In this document: positions 36,810 to 49,778 of the stretch, one piece after another
Position numbering within the stretch: position 1 is the stretch's first letter
Layout of the letters: each line of letters starts with the position of its first letter
From: Pecten maximus
Lineage: Eukaryota
DNA: 64,000 nt
Assembly (NCBI RefSeq): GCF_902652985.1
Contig: NC_047016.1
Location: 9,858,001-9,922,000 of the forward strand
Direction: 5' to 3'
Notes under the pieces: generated by a model
What the model was told of the DNA's origin: nothing
The model's input: the letters and a program-made list of their open reading frames with translations, nothing else
Database searches by the model: none
Made by a program: the position numbers and the translations under genes

Positions 36810-37639
36810 TGTAGCGAAATAGCCGGGGAACTATATACTCAAAGTCCCGCAGCCCTCGTTACGTGTCCTCGAGGTAGCGTCAGACACCCGCCACAATACC
36901 CAAGTTTAGAATTAAATAGTGTGGGTCGTCGAGAAACACAATTCAACACCGTCGTAAAGTTTCAGCCTATGTATTCAGCAACATCAGCAGTGTACAGAGC
37001 ATATATAAATGGCAACACCGCTCTCGCTTTCATCAGCATACGTAGCAACATCCAGCAAAGTAACACCTAACACTCTCTGGCTTGAACTCCCCCTCGAACT
37101 GCAACTAACTCCTTGCACTCCACGAACTCCCTCTCTGAACTGAACTCCCCCTCCGCTCTCGCTTTCACCCCTTTTATACCAAAACCTAACGGAGTGCCGG
37201 AGCCCTGCCGGAGCCCTGCCGGAGCGGTGCACACCTGTACCGGAGCCTTCCGCTCCGGTGACTTAAATGTGTAAATAACAATGTACATAACACTTAGAAA
37301 AACAATTAGCCGCGAGTAAATGTTGACCATGTGTAATAAAGATGGGGCATCGCTGGAGCTCCCAGACAGGTCCAGCCATTTGTAGTGGATAATAGGGATG
37401 AGAGGCAATTAATACCTCTCTGACAGGGGCAATAAACATGAACGGGGGCCGGGCAGACGATTACTGCCACGGGCGTGGTGAATTGATTACTTCACGGGAT
37501 ATCATCCCCACGTGTCCCCCCCCCATCTAATTACCAACGGTCAACAGATTGACGGGCTATTAAAATTCCTAAAGCAAAGATGGTATAACAGAAAATAGAA
37601 ACATAGAAAAATACTACACTAATATAGAAAAATACTACA
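36810..37639 (-). mobile_element. Solo LTR (Gypsy-like), ~810-830 bp
   Basis: TGTAG...CTACA termini with TSD CTAA (right end duplicated, so 37618 or 37639); GC-rich body with minus-strand TATAAAAGGG. Confidence 0.75.
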
Positions 37640-37715
37640 CTAAATTAATGTAGGTCTCTGATTTCATTAATCATGTGCTCTGTTACAGTAAAATAAATAA
37701 AGTTTACATCTTTTT

Positions 37716-38059
37716 TAGTTGATTACGATAATTGACTGTTGTTGATCAGTAATTGGCAAAAAACGTTTGCATGAAAATTTGAGAAAAGTTGTTTGGTCTG
37801 AATGGTAATGCAGGTAACTGGGTCGTCTGTATCAGGAGACACCTGGAATAAGTCTACACGGGTTAGTCACATGCTTACCTGTGTAGTCTTATTCCAGGTG
37901 TGTCTTGACTGGGGCGACCTGGTTACCTGTGCACCAACTGCCATTCAGACCAAACATTCGTGGGCATTTTAGTCAAATTTGTGATAAATTTCTCAAATTT
38001 TCAAACATAAGTTTTTTGCCAATTACTGATCAACACCAGTCATTTATTGATATCAACTA
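37716..38059. mobile_element. Foldback MITE (~340-bp imperfect palindrome)
   Basis: Paired arms: TGTTGATCAGTAATTGGCAAAAAAC/GTTTTTTGCCAATTACTGATCAACA, GTTTGGTCTGAATGG/CCATTCAGACCAAAC, ACACCTGGAATAAG/CTTATTCCAGGTGT. Confidence 0.85.
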
Positions 38060-38970
38060 TTCGGAATAAATAATTATATATTATACTCTTTTAGCATTCC
38101 ATAATTACATTTTATGATATTGAATATTTTTGTGATGCAGCAGTATAAAATTTTGTGCTGGCAGCTATTGGATATAAGTGTCATGATCCATATATGTTTG
38201 ATTATATGTTGGGTGTATTGACAGATGAGGCGAGTACCTGTGGTTCAATAAACATATTTCAAGTTTGGTAGGAAAGGGATAATATCCCAGAGTAACAGAG
38301 GTCAAAATACTTATAGTATCTTGTAATTAACTAGGGGAGAATCAGGTCTAATGTGACTAAAGCATTCAGATGTGAAAAGCATTTTTTTGTTTTCATGTTT
38401 TTGTTTTTTTTATGTTGTTTTGCAAATATAAATGTTTTGTTAATGACTATCAACTTCCATGTATTTTAAATATCAAACAGATAGCTTGCTTGGATTGAAA
38501 AATAAAATTATATACATATAGACTTAGACCATTTGCAATGTGACATTCCACTTCCCCAGTTGCAATTTCTCAACCATTAGATATGTTAAAATACTGTTGT
38601 GATATTTAGCTTGATAAGGCTTTAAACTATGTTTTAAAAGTATGATCGAATCATAAGTTTGTCTTTCATGTAATTTACAGGTAACATGGACTCTATGAAA
38701 CATTGGTGTCTGAAGACTGAATGGGGAAAATAAAAGACCAGATTCCAGCAGATTCTTTACAAATTAAATGTTTCCAACTTTGAAATTTATTTCTTGTTCA
38801 TATATATTTATAAATCAGTTATGTAGAAAATGACATTGGTTATATATGTAAACCCATCCTTTCCCTCTCACACCCCATCAGTCTACCTTCATAAATAACA
38901 GGTTAAATAGTGTAATTTATCACTGATAATATCTGCACAGAGTGACTACATCAATGCGGTGGTCAACAAA

Positions 38971-41900
38971 ATGTCACAGAAGAACATGGACAATATGAAG
39001 CATCCCAAGTTACTTGACTTTAGGGAAGTTTTAGGAGAACATCTTTATAGTAAAGTACTTGAGTATTGTAGAAATGAGTGCCATGCACAGAAAATAACAG
39101 GAATCTTATTGGAGTGTGGAAAAGAAGACGCCTTCCGCTTGCTGGAGGACAAAGATTTCCTAGGAACTAGGATCCGTTTAGCAGAAGAAACTTTGAAGGA
39201 ATGGTATGTGAAGGAATGATATTTTAAGGAAGAGTATGTGAAGGAACGGTATGTGAATGAAAGGTATGTGAAGGAACAGTATGTGAAGGAACAGTATGTG
39301 AAGGAAAGGTATATATGTGAAGGAAAAGTAGTATGTGCAGGTTAAATTTTAATTGTGATAGCAGCACTAGCTCTTGATGTGTTTCCTTAACACAGTTTTT
39401 CTCATCCATAAATCACTGCTAGTCAGTGAAATGAAGGAATTCCAAGCCATTGCTCGATAGTTTTCATTTATTCTGGGATCTTTAAAGCACATCATTTTAT
39501 ACTTATATTAAGGACATATACATGGTGCTGTATTTGTTGTTGCCATATTTGATTTACTAAATACCCTAATACTTTCTACTTAGAAATCTGGAGAAATTTG
39601 AATAATTTAAAAACATTTAGGAACTTTAAAAAGTAGTCATAAGAGACAATGTTTTGAAGGTACATACAATTTAGCAAATGGATAATATGAATTGCTAAGT
39701 TCAGGTGAAAGGATGGGAGGCTCAGATCATAAAAAGAATATGGGTTCTTACCTGTGTAACAGATGGGATGTTTAATAGGACAGAGGAACAGGTAATAAAA
39801 GGCGACATGATACTTCACACTATAATAAAGAAATTGATACATGTATGTATTAACATGGGGCTTATTCTCTGTTGTAGTGGATCGTATATAGAGGAAAACG
39901 AATTAGTCAAGGCACTTCCTGCTTCAGAAATTCTTCCCATCTCTGTAGCTGATTCATTGTTTGAAAAAGTCAGTCAGCTAGAACCAGCATTGCCTTGTCA
40001 GATAACAGGTAAGATTGAAAATAAAATTATTCTCTTAACATGTTATTGGTCTTCCATTATTATATTTAAATAAAAACTTTAAAAAGTTTCAATATTATTC
40101 AAATTCTAACAAAGTACCAGCAGTATGTACATAAATGGTCCCTTCACCTATAGCTATGTCACATCTCACATTGCTAATAAACTGTATTGTCACTATGTAA
40201 ATAAAAGACCTTATGTAGATGTGCATGTGACCTTTTTTCTTTGAAATTTTAGCTGCCATATGGTAAATGGTCACTTTAAACAGGTTTTTGATAAAGGGCC
40301 ATAACTCTTCAGTCAATTTCATTAACCTTTGTAAAATGGTGAATTAAAAAAAAAACCTATATTTTGACATATTAGGTGTTTCCAAAACTATTACCTTGGC
40401 AACACAATCCCGAATATGATTGGGCAAAGTTAAGATATTGGCCAATTTTGACCAAATTTATTATACAAAGGTATTTGCATTTTGTTGCCATGAAATCCAA
40501 GCTAAAGCCAGAAGTGACTTTGATGGGTCAAAATTTAATTATTGACTGATTCTGACCAAATTTGGTGTACAGGGGTATTAAGGGATGCCAAACATCACTA
40601 TATAGGATTTGTTGCCATGGCAACCTTGCTGAAGCAAAGAGTGGCCTCTTCTTGGTTGAAATTTAGATACTGCTCTAAACTTGATATTTAGGTGAATTAA
40701 GGATACCAAATAAATATTGGCTTCTGTACAGATAAAATTCCCATATGAGAATTTTGGTATTGAAATGAAATCAAAAACAATTTTCTGCTGAACATAAAGA
40801 GAAATAGTGTATCAAATTGAATTCTCTATATATTGATCTGCCAATAAATTTAAGCCCATACCTGGTAGCAAACCTTAGCCTATTGCACTTACATTGTACA
40901 TGCATGTATTAGATAATGCACTTTACATTTCATGGTATCTATAATTAATACATACAGGCCCTTTATACATCTTGATACTGACATACATTATAGTATGTAC
41001 AGGTTTTTGATATGTGTTTATTACCATACTTGTATCATGCATACTCTTTTCTTAAGGAATGTTACTGGAAGCAGAATCTGTGGAAGTGGAAATGATGTTA
41101 CATGACCCCGAGGTCCTAAGGCAGGCAGTAGAGCAAGCACTGATGTCTCTGTCTGCTAGAGAGCCTGAGGCAGTTGAGGAGGTGTCTGATAATTTCAGTG
41201 ATGAGGGTTCAGACACTGAAGATTCCATAGGAGACCAGTTGTTTGAGGCAGTGGAGAACATATACCCTGATTCAGATATAGCTTCTAAAATTACAGGTTT
41301 GTTATCATAGATTCATCGTCTAAAGGTTTAACGAGATATAGTTTCAAAAATCACAGGTTTGTTATCATAGATTCATCGTCGAAAGGTTTTACTAGATATA
41401 GCTTCCAAAATCACAGGTCTGTTATCATCCTTTAAAGGTTTTACTGCAAGTGATTCATCACTCATTGTCTTAATCTGTTGTTAGAGTTGTCTAGTCACCT
41501 ACTATATAATTACCTACTGTTAACAAATGGAAGAGTCTAGTCACCTACTGTTAACTAATGGAATAGTCTAGTCACCTACTGTTAACTAATGGAATAGTCT
41601 AATCACCTACTGTTAACGAATGGAATATTCTAATCACCTACTGTTAACTAATGGAATGGTCTAGTCACCTGTAAACTAATGGAATAGTCTAGTTACCTAC
41701 TGTTAACTAATGAAATAGTCTACATGTAGTTACCTACTGTTAACTAATGGAATAGTCTAGTTACCTACTGTTAACTAATGGAATAGACTAGTTACCTACT
41801 GTTAAATAATGGAATAGTCTAGTTACCTACTGTTAACTAATGGAATAGTCTAGTTACCTACTGTTAACTAATGGAATAGTCTAGTCACCTACTGTAAACT

Positions 41901-44900
41901 AATGGAATAGTCTAGTTACCTGCTGTTAACTAATGGAATAGTCCAGTCACCAACTGTTAAATAATGGAATAGTCTAGTTACCTACTGTTAACTAATGGAA
42001 TAGTCTAGTCACCTACTGTAAACTAATGGAATAGTCTAGTTACTTACTATTAACTAATGGAATAGTCTAGTTACCTACTGTTAAATAATGGAATAGTCTA
42101 GTCACCTACTGTTAACTACTGAAATAGTCTAGTTACCTACTGTTAACTAATGGAATAGACTAGTTACCTACTGTTAACTAATGAAATAGTCTACATGTAG
42201 TTACCTACTGTTAACTAATGAAATAGTCTACATGTAGTTACTTACTGTTAACTAATGGAATAGTCTAGTTACCTACTGTTAACAAATGGAATAGTCTAGT
42301 TACTTACTGTTAACTAATGGAATAGTCTAGTCACCTGTAAACTAATGGAATAGTCTAGTTACCTACTGTTAATTAATGGAATAGTCTAGTTACTTACTAT
42401 TAACTAATGGAATAGTCCAGTCACCAACTGTTAAATAATGGAATAGTCTAGTTACCTACTGTTAACTAATGGAATAGTCTAGTTACCTACTGTTAAATAA
42501 TGGAATAGACTAGTTACCTACTGTTAACTAATGAAATAGTCTACATGTAGTTACCAACTGTTAACTAATGAAATAGTCTACATGTAGTTACTTACTGTTA
42601 ACTAATGGAATAGTCTAGTGACTTACTGTTAACTAATGGAATAGTCCAGTCACCAACTGTTAAATAATGGAATAGTCTAGTTACCTACTGTTAACTAATG
42701 GAATAGTCTAGTTACTTACTGTTGACTAATGGAATAGTCTAGTCACCAACTGTTAAATAATGGAATAGTCTAGTCACCAACTGTTAAATAATGGAATAGT
42801 CCAGTTACTTACTGTTAACTAATGGAATAGTCTAGTTACCTACTGTTAAATAATGGAATAGTCTAGTTACCTACTGTTAAATAATGGAATAATCTAGTTA
42901 CTTACTGTTAACTAATGGAATAGTCTAGTTACCTACTGTTAAATAATGAAATAGTCTAGTTACCTACTGTTAACTAATGGAATAGTCTAGTTACTTACTG
43001 TTAACTAATGGAATAGTCTAGTCACCTACTGTAAACTAATGGAATAGTCTAGTTACCTACTGTTAACTAATGGAATAGTCCAGTCACCAACTTTTAAATA
43101 ATGGAATAGTCTAGTTACCTACTGTTAACTAATGGAATAGTCTAGGTACCTACTGTTAACAAATGGAATAGACTAGTTACCTACTGTTAACTAATGGAAT
43201 AGTCCAGTCACCAACTGTTAAATAATGGAATAGTCTAGTTACCTACTGTTAACTAATGGAATAGTCTAGTTACTTACTGTTGACTAATGGAATAGTCTAG
43301 TTACCTACTATTAACTAATGGAATAGTCTAGTCACCAACTGTTAAATAATGGAATAGTCTAGTCACCAACTGTTAACTAATGGAATAGTCTAGTTACTTG
43401 CTATTAACTAATGGAATAGTCTGGTTACCTACTGTTGACTAATGGAATAGTCTAGTTACTTACTGTTAACTAATGGAATAGTCTAGTTACTTACTATTAA
43501 ATAATGGAATAGACTAGTTACCTACTGTTAAATAATGGAATAGTCTAGTCACCTGTAAACTAATGGAATAGTCTAGTTACCTACTGTTAAATAATGGAAT
43601 AGACTAGTTACCTACTGTTAACTAATGAAATAGTCTAATGTAGTTACCTACTGTTAACTAATGAAATAGTCTACATGTAGTTACTTACTGTTAACTAATG
43701 GAATAGTCTAGTGACTTACTGTTAACTAATGGAATAGTCTACATGTAGTTACCTACTGTTAACTAATGAAATAGTCTACATGTAGTTACCTACTGTTAAC
43801 TAATGAAATAGTCTACATGTAGTTACTTACTGTTAACTAATGGAATAGTCTAGTCACCTGTAAACTAATGGAATAGTCTAGTTACCTACTGTTAACTAAT
43901 GAAATAATCTACATGTAGTTACCTACTGTTAACTAATGAAATAGTCTACATGTAGTTACTTACTGTTAACTAATGGAATAGTCTAGTTACTTACTGTTAA
44001 CTAATGGAATAGTCTAGTTACTTTCTGTTAACTAATGGAATAGCCTAGTTACTTACTGTTAACTAATGGAATAGTCTAGTTACCTACTGTTAACAAATGG
44101 AATAGACTAGTTACCTACTGTTAACAAATGGAATAGACTAGTTATCTACTGTTAAATAATGGAATAGTCTAGTTACCTACTGTTATCAAATAGAATAGAC
44201 TAGTTACCTACTGTTAACTAATGGAAAAGTCTAGTTACCTACTGTTAAATAATGGAATAGTCTAGTCACCAACTGTTAAATAATGGAATAGTCTAGTTAT
44301 CTACTGTTAACTAATGGAATAGTCTAGTTACCTACTGTTAACTAATGGAATAGTCTAGTCACCTACTGTTAACTAATGGAATAGTCTAGTCACCTACTGT
44401 TAACTAATGGAATAGTCTAGTTACTTACTGTTAACTAATGGAATAGTCCAGTCACCAACTGTTAAATAATGGAATAGTCTAGTTACCTACTGTTAACTAA
44501 TGGAATAGTCTAGTTACTTACTGTTGACTAATGGAATAGTCTAGTCACCAACTGTTAAATAATGGAATAGTCTAGTCACCAACTGTTAAATAATGGAATA
44601 GTCCAGTTACTTACTGTTAACTAATAAAATAGTCTAGTTACCTACTGTTAAATAATGGAATAGTCTAGTTACCTACTGTTAAATAATGGAATAATCTAGT
44701 TACTTACTGTTAACTAATGGAATAGTCTAGTTACCTACTGTTAAATAATGGAATAGTCTAGTTACCTACTGTTAACTAATGGAATAGTCTAGTTACTTAC
44801 TGTTAACTAATGGAATAGTCTAGTCACCTACTGTAAACTAATGGAATAGTCTAGTTACCTACTGTTAACTAATGGAATAGTCCAGTCACCAACTTTTAAA

Positions 44901-46868
44901 TAATGGAATAGTCTAGTTACCTACTGTTAACTAATGGAATAGTCTAGGTACCTACTGTTAACAAATGGAATAGACTAGTTACCTGCTGTTAACTAATGGA
45001 ATAGTCCAGTCACCAACTGTTAAATAATGGAATAGTCTAGTTACCTACTGTTAACTAATGGAATAGTCTAGTTACTTACTGTTGACTAATGGAATAGTCT
45101 AGTTACCTACTATTAACTAATGGAATAGTCTAGTCACCAACTGTTAAATAATGGAATAGTCTAGTCACCAACTGTTAACTAATGGAATAGTCTAGTTACT
45201 TGCTATTAACTAATGGAATAGTCTGGTTACCTACTGTTGACTAATGGAATAGTCTAGTTACTTGCTATTAACTAATGGAATAGTCTAGTTACTTACTGTT
45301 GACAAATGGAATAGTCTAGTTACCTACTATTAACTAATGGAATAGTCTAGTCACCAACTGTTAACTAATGGAATAGACTAGTTACCTACTATTAACTAAT
45401 GGAATAGTCTGGTTACCTACTGTTGATGATGGAATTGTCTAGTCACCACATTTTAATGATGGAATTGTCTAGTCACCAAATTTCAATGATGGAATTGTCT
45501 AGTCTCCAAATTTTAATGATGGAATTGTCTAGTCACCAAATTTTAATGATGGAATTGTCAAGTCACCAAATGTTGATGATGGATTTGTCTAGTCACCAAA
45601 TGTTGATGATGGAATTGTCTAGTCTCCAAATTTTAATGATGGAATTGTCTAGTCACCAAATTTTAATGATGGAATTGTCTAGTCACAAATTTTAATGATG
45701 GAATTGTCTAGTCACCAAGTGTTGATGATGGAATTGTCAAGTCACCAAATTTCAATGATGGAATTATCTAGTCACCAAATGTTGATGATGGAATTGTCTA
45801 GTCACAAATTTTAATGATGGAATTGTCTAATCACAAATTTTAATGATGGGATTGTCAAGTCACCAAATTTCAATGATGGAATTGTCTAGTCACCAAATGT
45901 TGATGATGGAATTGTCAAGTCACCAAATTTCAATGATGGAATTGTCTAATCACAAATTTTAATGATGGGATTGTCTAGTCACAAATTTTAATGATGGAAT
46001 TGTCTAGTCACCAAATGTTGATGATGGAATTGTCAAGTCACCAAATTTCAATGATGGAATTGTCTAGTCACCAAATTTTAATGATGGAATTGTCTAGTCA
46101 CAAATTTTAATGATTGAATTTTCTAGTCACCAAATGTTAATGATGGAATTGTCTAGTCACCAAATTTCAATGATGGGATTGTCTAGTCACCAAATGCTAA
46201 TGATGGAATTGTCTAGTCACCAACTGTTAATGATGGAATTGTCTAGTCACCAACTGTTAATGATGGAATTGTCTAGTCACAAATTTTAATGATGGAATTG
46301 TCTAGTCACCAAATTTTAATGATAGAATTGTCTAGTCACCAACTGTTAATGATGGAATTGTCTAGTCACCAAATTTTAATGATGGGATTGTCTAGTTACC
46401 AAATTTCAATGATGGAATTGTCTAGTCACCAAATGTAAATGATGGAATTGTCTTATCACTAAATGTAATTGATGGAATTGTGTATTCATCAACTGTTAAG
46501 AATTGAATTGTCTAATCGCCAACTGTTAAGTGATGGAATTGTCTAGTCTATTCAAGGCATCTACAATGTAACAGTACGTGTTTCAGTAGCAATAAGAGAT
46601 CCACATGCTGTTCATTCAACACTTACTTCAGGTTTAGTGTATGCAATCTGTCACATCATAGAAGTTGACAGGGAAATCTTTTTATAGTCAAAATGGGAGA
46701 CATTTGAGTGAATGTTTTGAGAAGCTTGAGACTTACATCCTTCATTTTCTGTTGACAGGTATGTTGATGGAGTCGGGCAGTCTCAGCCTGGAGCAGCTCC
46801 TGAAAGACAGACAAAACCTGACTGCTAGGATACACCAGGGTTATACAGCTCTTCAGCTGAAGGATTAG
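38971..46868 (+). CDS. Stand-alone tandem triple-MLLE (PABC) domain protein, 237 aa
   Basis: Exons 38971-39203, 39878-40008, 41057-41296 and 46759-46868 (714 nt, phases consistent). Three MLLE signatures: LGEHLY..KITGILLE, VADSLF..QITGMLLE, IGDQLF..KITGMLME. No RRM or HECT exons in the locus. Confidence 0.85.
39194..39340. repeat. Short (GTATGTGAAGGAA) repeats beginning at a splice donor
   Basis: Repeated copies of the donor sequence after the exon ending at 39203. Confidence 0.75.
41274..41440. repeat. 60-bp triplication of an exon end plus donor
   Basis: AGATATAG(C/T)TT..AAAAT(T/C)ACAG|GT(T/C)TGTTATC at ~41274, 41334 and 41394. Confidence 0.8.
41490..46548. repeat. ~5-kb intronic satellite: 31-bp unit switching to a related 30-bp unit at ~45423
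   Basis: (CTAGTTACCTACTGTTAACTAATGGAATAGT)n followed by (CTAGTCACCAAATTTTAATGATGGAATTGT)n. Confidence 0.97.
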
Positions 46869-47594
46869 ACATCAAACAGGGATGTATTTGAAACATACTG
46901 CCCGACTTAAAACATTCTCATACAGGAAACCATTGTTTTCTTGATAATGATGTGGTGTCGTTTTTACTATCTTTTACTTAGTAGCTTCACAGGAGACTTG
47001 CTTCAAATGTCTGAAAGCACTTTTTGAATAGATTGCAATGCATTTGTCACTCATGGATTGGTGATAAGGTCAGTCTGTCAAGGTTTCTGCTGGTTTAGGC
47101 CAACCTTCTTGTTTGCATTTTAGTAATGCCTCATTTAGGAAAAAAAGAAAATCTAAATCTAAAAGTAGAGAATGTCCAGCCATAAAATAATTAATATTCA
47201 CCACTTCTTTTCAATCCGACATGTTCATTGAAAGTCTGAAGAGAGGCTAAAGAGATTCCCATTTCACCTTGTCAAAAATCAAAAACCTAATAAATCAGGA
47301 AAACTTTATCAGCACCTTGTCTTTCAACATATGACCACTAGTGGTTTATACATTTTCATACAGGGTCGTCTTCACTATCCAACCGTTACAATCTGAGTAC
47401 TCCTCTTCAAGAGTAGGCAGAATGTAACACTACAGAAGATGATACAGAATCTAAAATCATTCAGTATGTCTTGGGATGCTTAACTGTTAGTTAGATATTA
47501 GTATAGATGTTTGAAGAGAGAATTGTGAGTATTACTATAGATGGTGGACGAGTGAGTTGTGAGTATTAGTATAGACTGTGAATGAGAGAGCTCT

Positions 47595-48681
47595 GGGTAT
47601 AATACCATTAGTATAGATGGTGGACGAGAGTTCTGGGTATTAATATAGACGATGGATGAGGCTGTTATCCTGGGTATTAGTATAGACGATGGACGAGACT
47701 GTTATCCTGGGTATTAGTATAGATGGTGGACGAGACTGTTATCCTGGGTATTAGTATAGACGGTGGACGAGACTGTTATCCTGGGTATTAGTATAGATGG
47801 TGGACGAGACTGTTATCCTGGGTATTAGTATAGATGGTGGACGAGATTGTTATCCTGGGTATTAGTATAGATGGTGGACGAGACTGTTATCCTGGGTATT
47901 AGTATAGATGGTGGACGAGACTGTTATCCTGGGTATTAGTATAGATGGTGGACGAGACTGTTATCCTGGGTATTAGTATAGATGGTGGACGAGACTGTTA
48001 TCCTGGGTATTAGTATAGACGGTGGACGAGACTGTTATCCTGGGTATTACTAAGACGGTGGACGAGACTGTTATCCTGGGTATTGATATAGACGGTGGAC
48101 GAGACTGTTATCCTTGGTATTACTATTAGTATAGACGGTGGACGAGACTGTTATCCTGGGTATTAGTATAGACGGTGGACGAGACTGTTATCCTGAGTAT
48201 TAGTATAGATGGTGGGCGAGACTGTTATCCTGAGTATTAGTATAGACGGTGGACGAGACTGTTATCCTGGGTATTAGTATAGACGGTGGACGAGACTGTT
48301 ATCCTGAGTATTAGTATAGATGGTGGGCGAGACTGTTATCCTGGGTATTAGTATAGATGGTGGACGAGACTATTATCCTGGGTATTAGTATAGACGGTGG
48401 ACGAGACTGTTATCCTGGGTATTAGTATAGACGGTGGACGAGACTGTTATCCTGGGTATTAGTATAGACGGTGGACGAGACTGTTATCCTGGGTATTAGT
48501 ATAGATGGTGGACGAGACTGTTATCCTGGGTATTAGTATAGATGGTGGACGAGACTGTTATCCTGAGTATTAGTATAGATGGTGGACGAGACTGTTATCC
48601 TGGGTATTAGTATAGACGGTGGACGAGACTGTTATCCTGAGTATTAGTATAGATGGTGGGCGAGACTGTTATCTTGGGTAT
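47595..48681. repeat. 37-bp minisatellite (GGGTATTAGTATAGATGGTGGACGAGACTGTTATCCT)n
   Basis: Period 37 (47701 to 47738); degenerate copies on the 5' side. Confidence 0.96.
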
Positions 48682-49039
48682 CAATGTACTTATGTAAAGG
48701 TGTGTACATTACTGTGGATGTGAATATCTATTTTACATCGTGATGCCATGTCAATAATCCCTGAACAGCGCCATTTTCATATTAAGTTTGATGAGATGAA
48801 TTGAAATAAGACGAGGTACTACATATACAATATTACTCTAAAGTATTATATTTTCAGCATTATATTGATAAATAGCAATCACCTGTCATGTGTCATTAAT
48901 GCAGGAGTCGGTGATCTCAGGCCATTGTTTACCTATTACAGGGTTACTTTTGTAGCAGTAATATTTTCTACAAATTATTTCTTGTCTTATAATGGTGCAG
49001 ACTTCACATTATGCATTGAAATTGTAAATTCAGCACTAA

Positions 49040-49778
49040 ATATTTTGATATGCACATCGACAATGGGTTGTGTTAAAGTATACCCTGCAACATCCGTCCA
49101 TCTCTTAGCCCTTTCTTTTCATCACACACGACATACTGGGATGAAACTGAATACCTGCTTGGTCAAGGTCACTAAATATAGAAAAAAAGTTTCCATGCAA
49201 TAACTTCAGTTTGCTTTTGCCAATCAGACTGAAACTTCAAAGCGATCTACCTCAAACTTAATTCATACAGTGCTTCTTTTTTGGAAGTGCTTGTTTAGGA
49301 TTGCTTTTCAGTGTCAAAGGCAAAGGTCAAGGTCACTGTTACTATAAATAGAAAATAAGTTTCCAAGCAATAATTTGACTTTTCTTGGGCCGATGTAACT
49401 TTAACTTCCTACAGTGCTTCCTAATTGAAAGAGCTTGCTTAGAACTCAAAGGTCAAGGTCACTGTTACTTTATGAATATATAAGAACTCATCACTTTCCA
49501 TGCAAAATTTAGTTTGCTGTAGTCAATCTAATTCTTTCAATACTTTCATACATGCTTAGATGCTTAGAATTTTTTTATAGTTTGAAATGATCAAGGTCAC
49601 TGTTACAATAAACAGAAAAACAGTTTCCTTGCAATAACATGAGTTCCGTTTGAGCCAATCGACCTCAAACTTCATACAGTGCTTTCTTATTGAAAGTGCA
49701 GGCAAATGGCTTCTTGCTGATTCTAAAGGATATATAGCCACATGGCATGGCCCTTGCTGACCTGTCAGTGTTCTAGTT
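49040..49778 (+). mobile_element. Degenerate HINE-like element with ~165-bp internal repeats
   Basis: CATCCGTCCATC microsatellite remnant, repeated GGTCAAGGTCACT, and a TGTTCTAGTT end. Confidence 0.5.

Noticed and set aside
38971-46868. PABPC or UBR5 ortholog
   Set aside because: No RRM or HECT exons, three MLLEs instead of one, and the upstream space is bounded by the RPL28 promoter.
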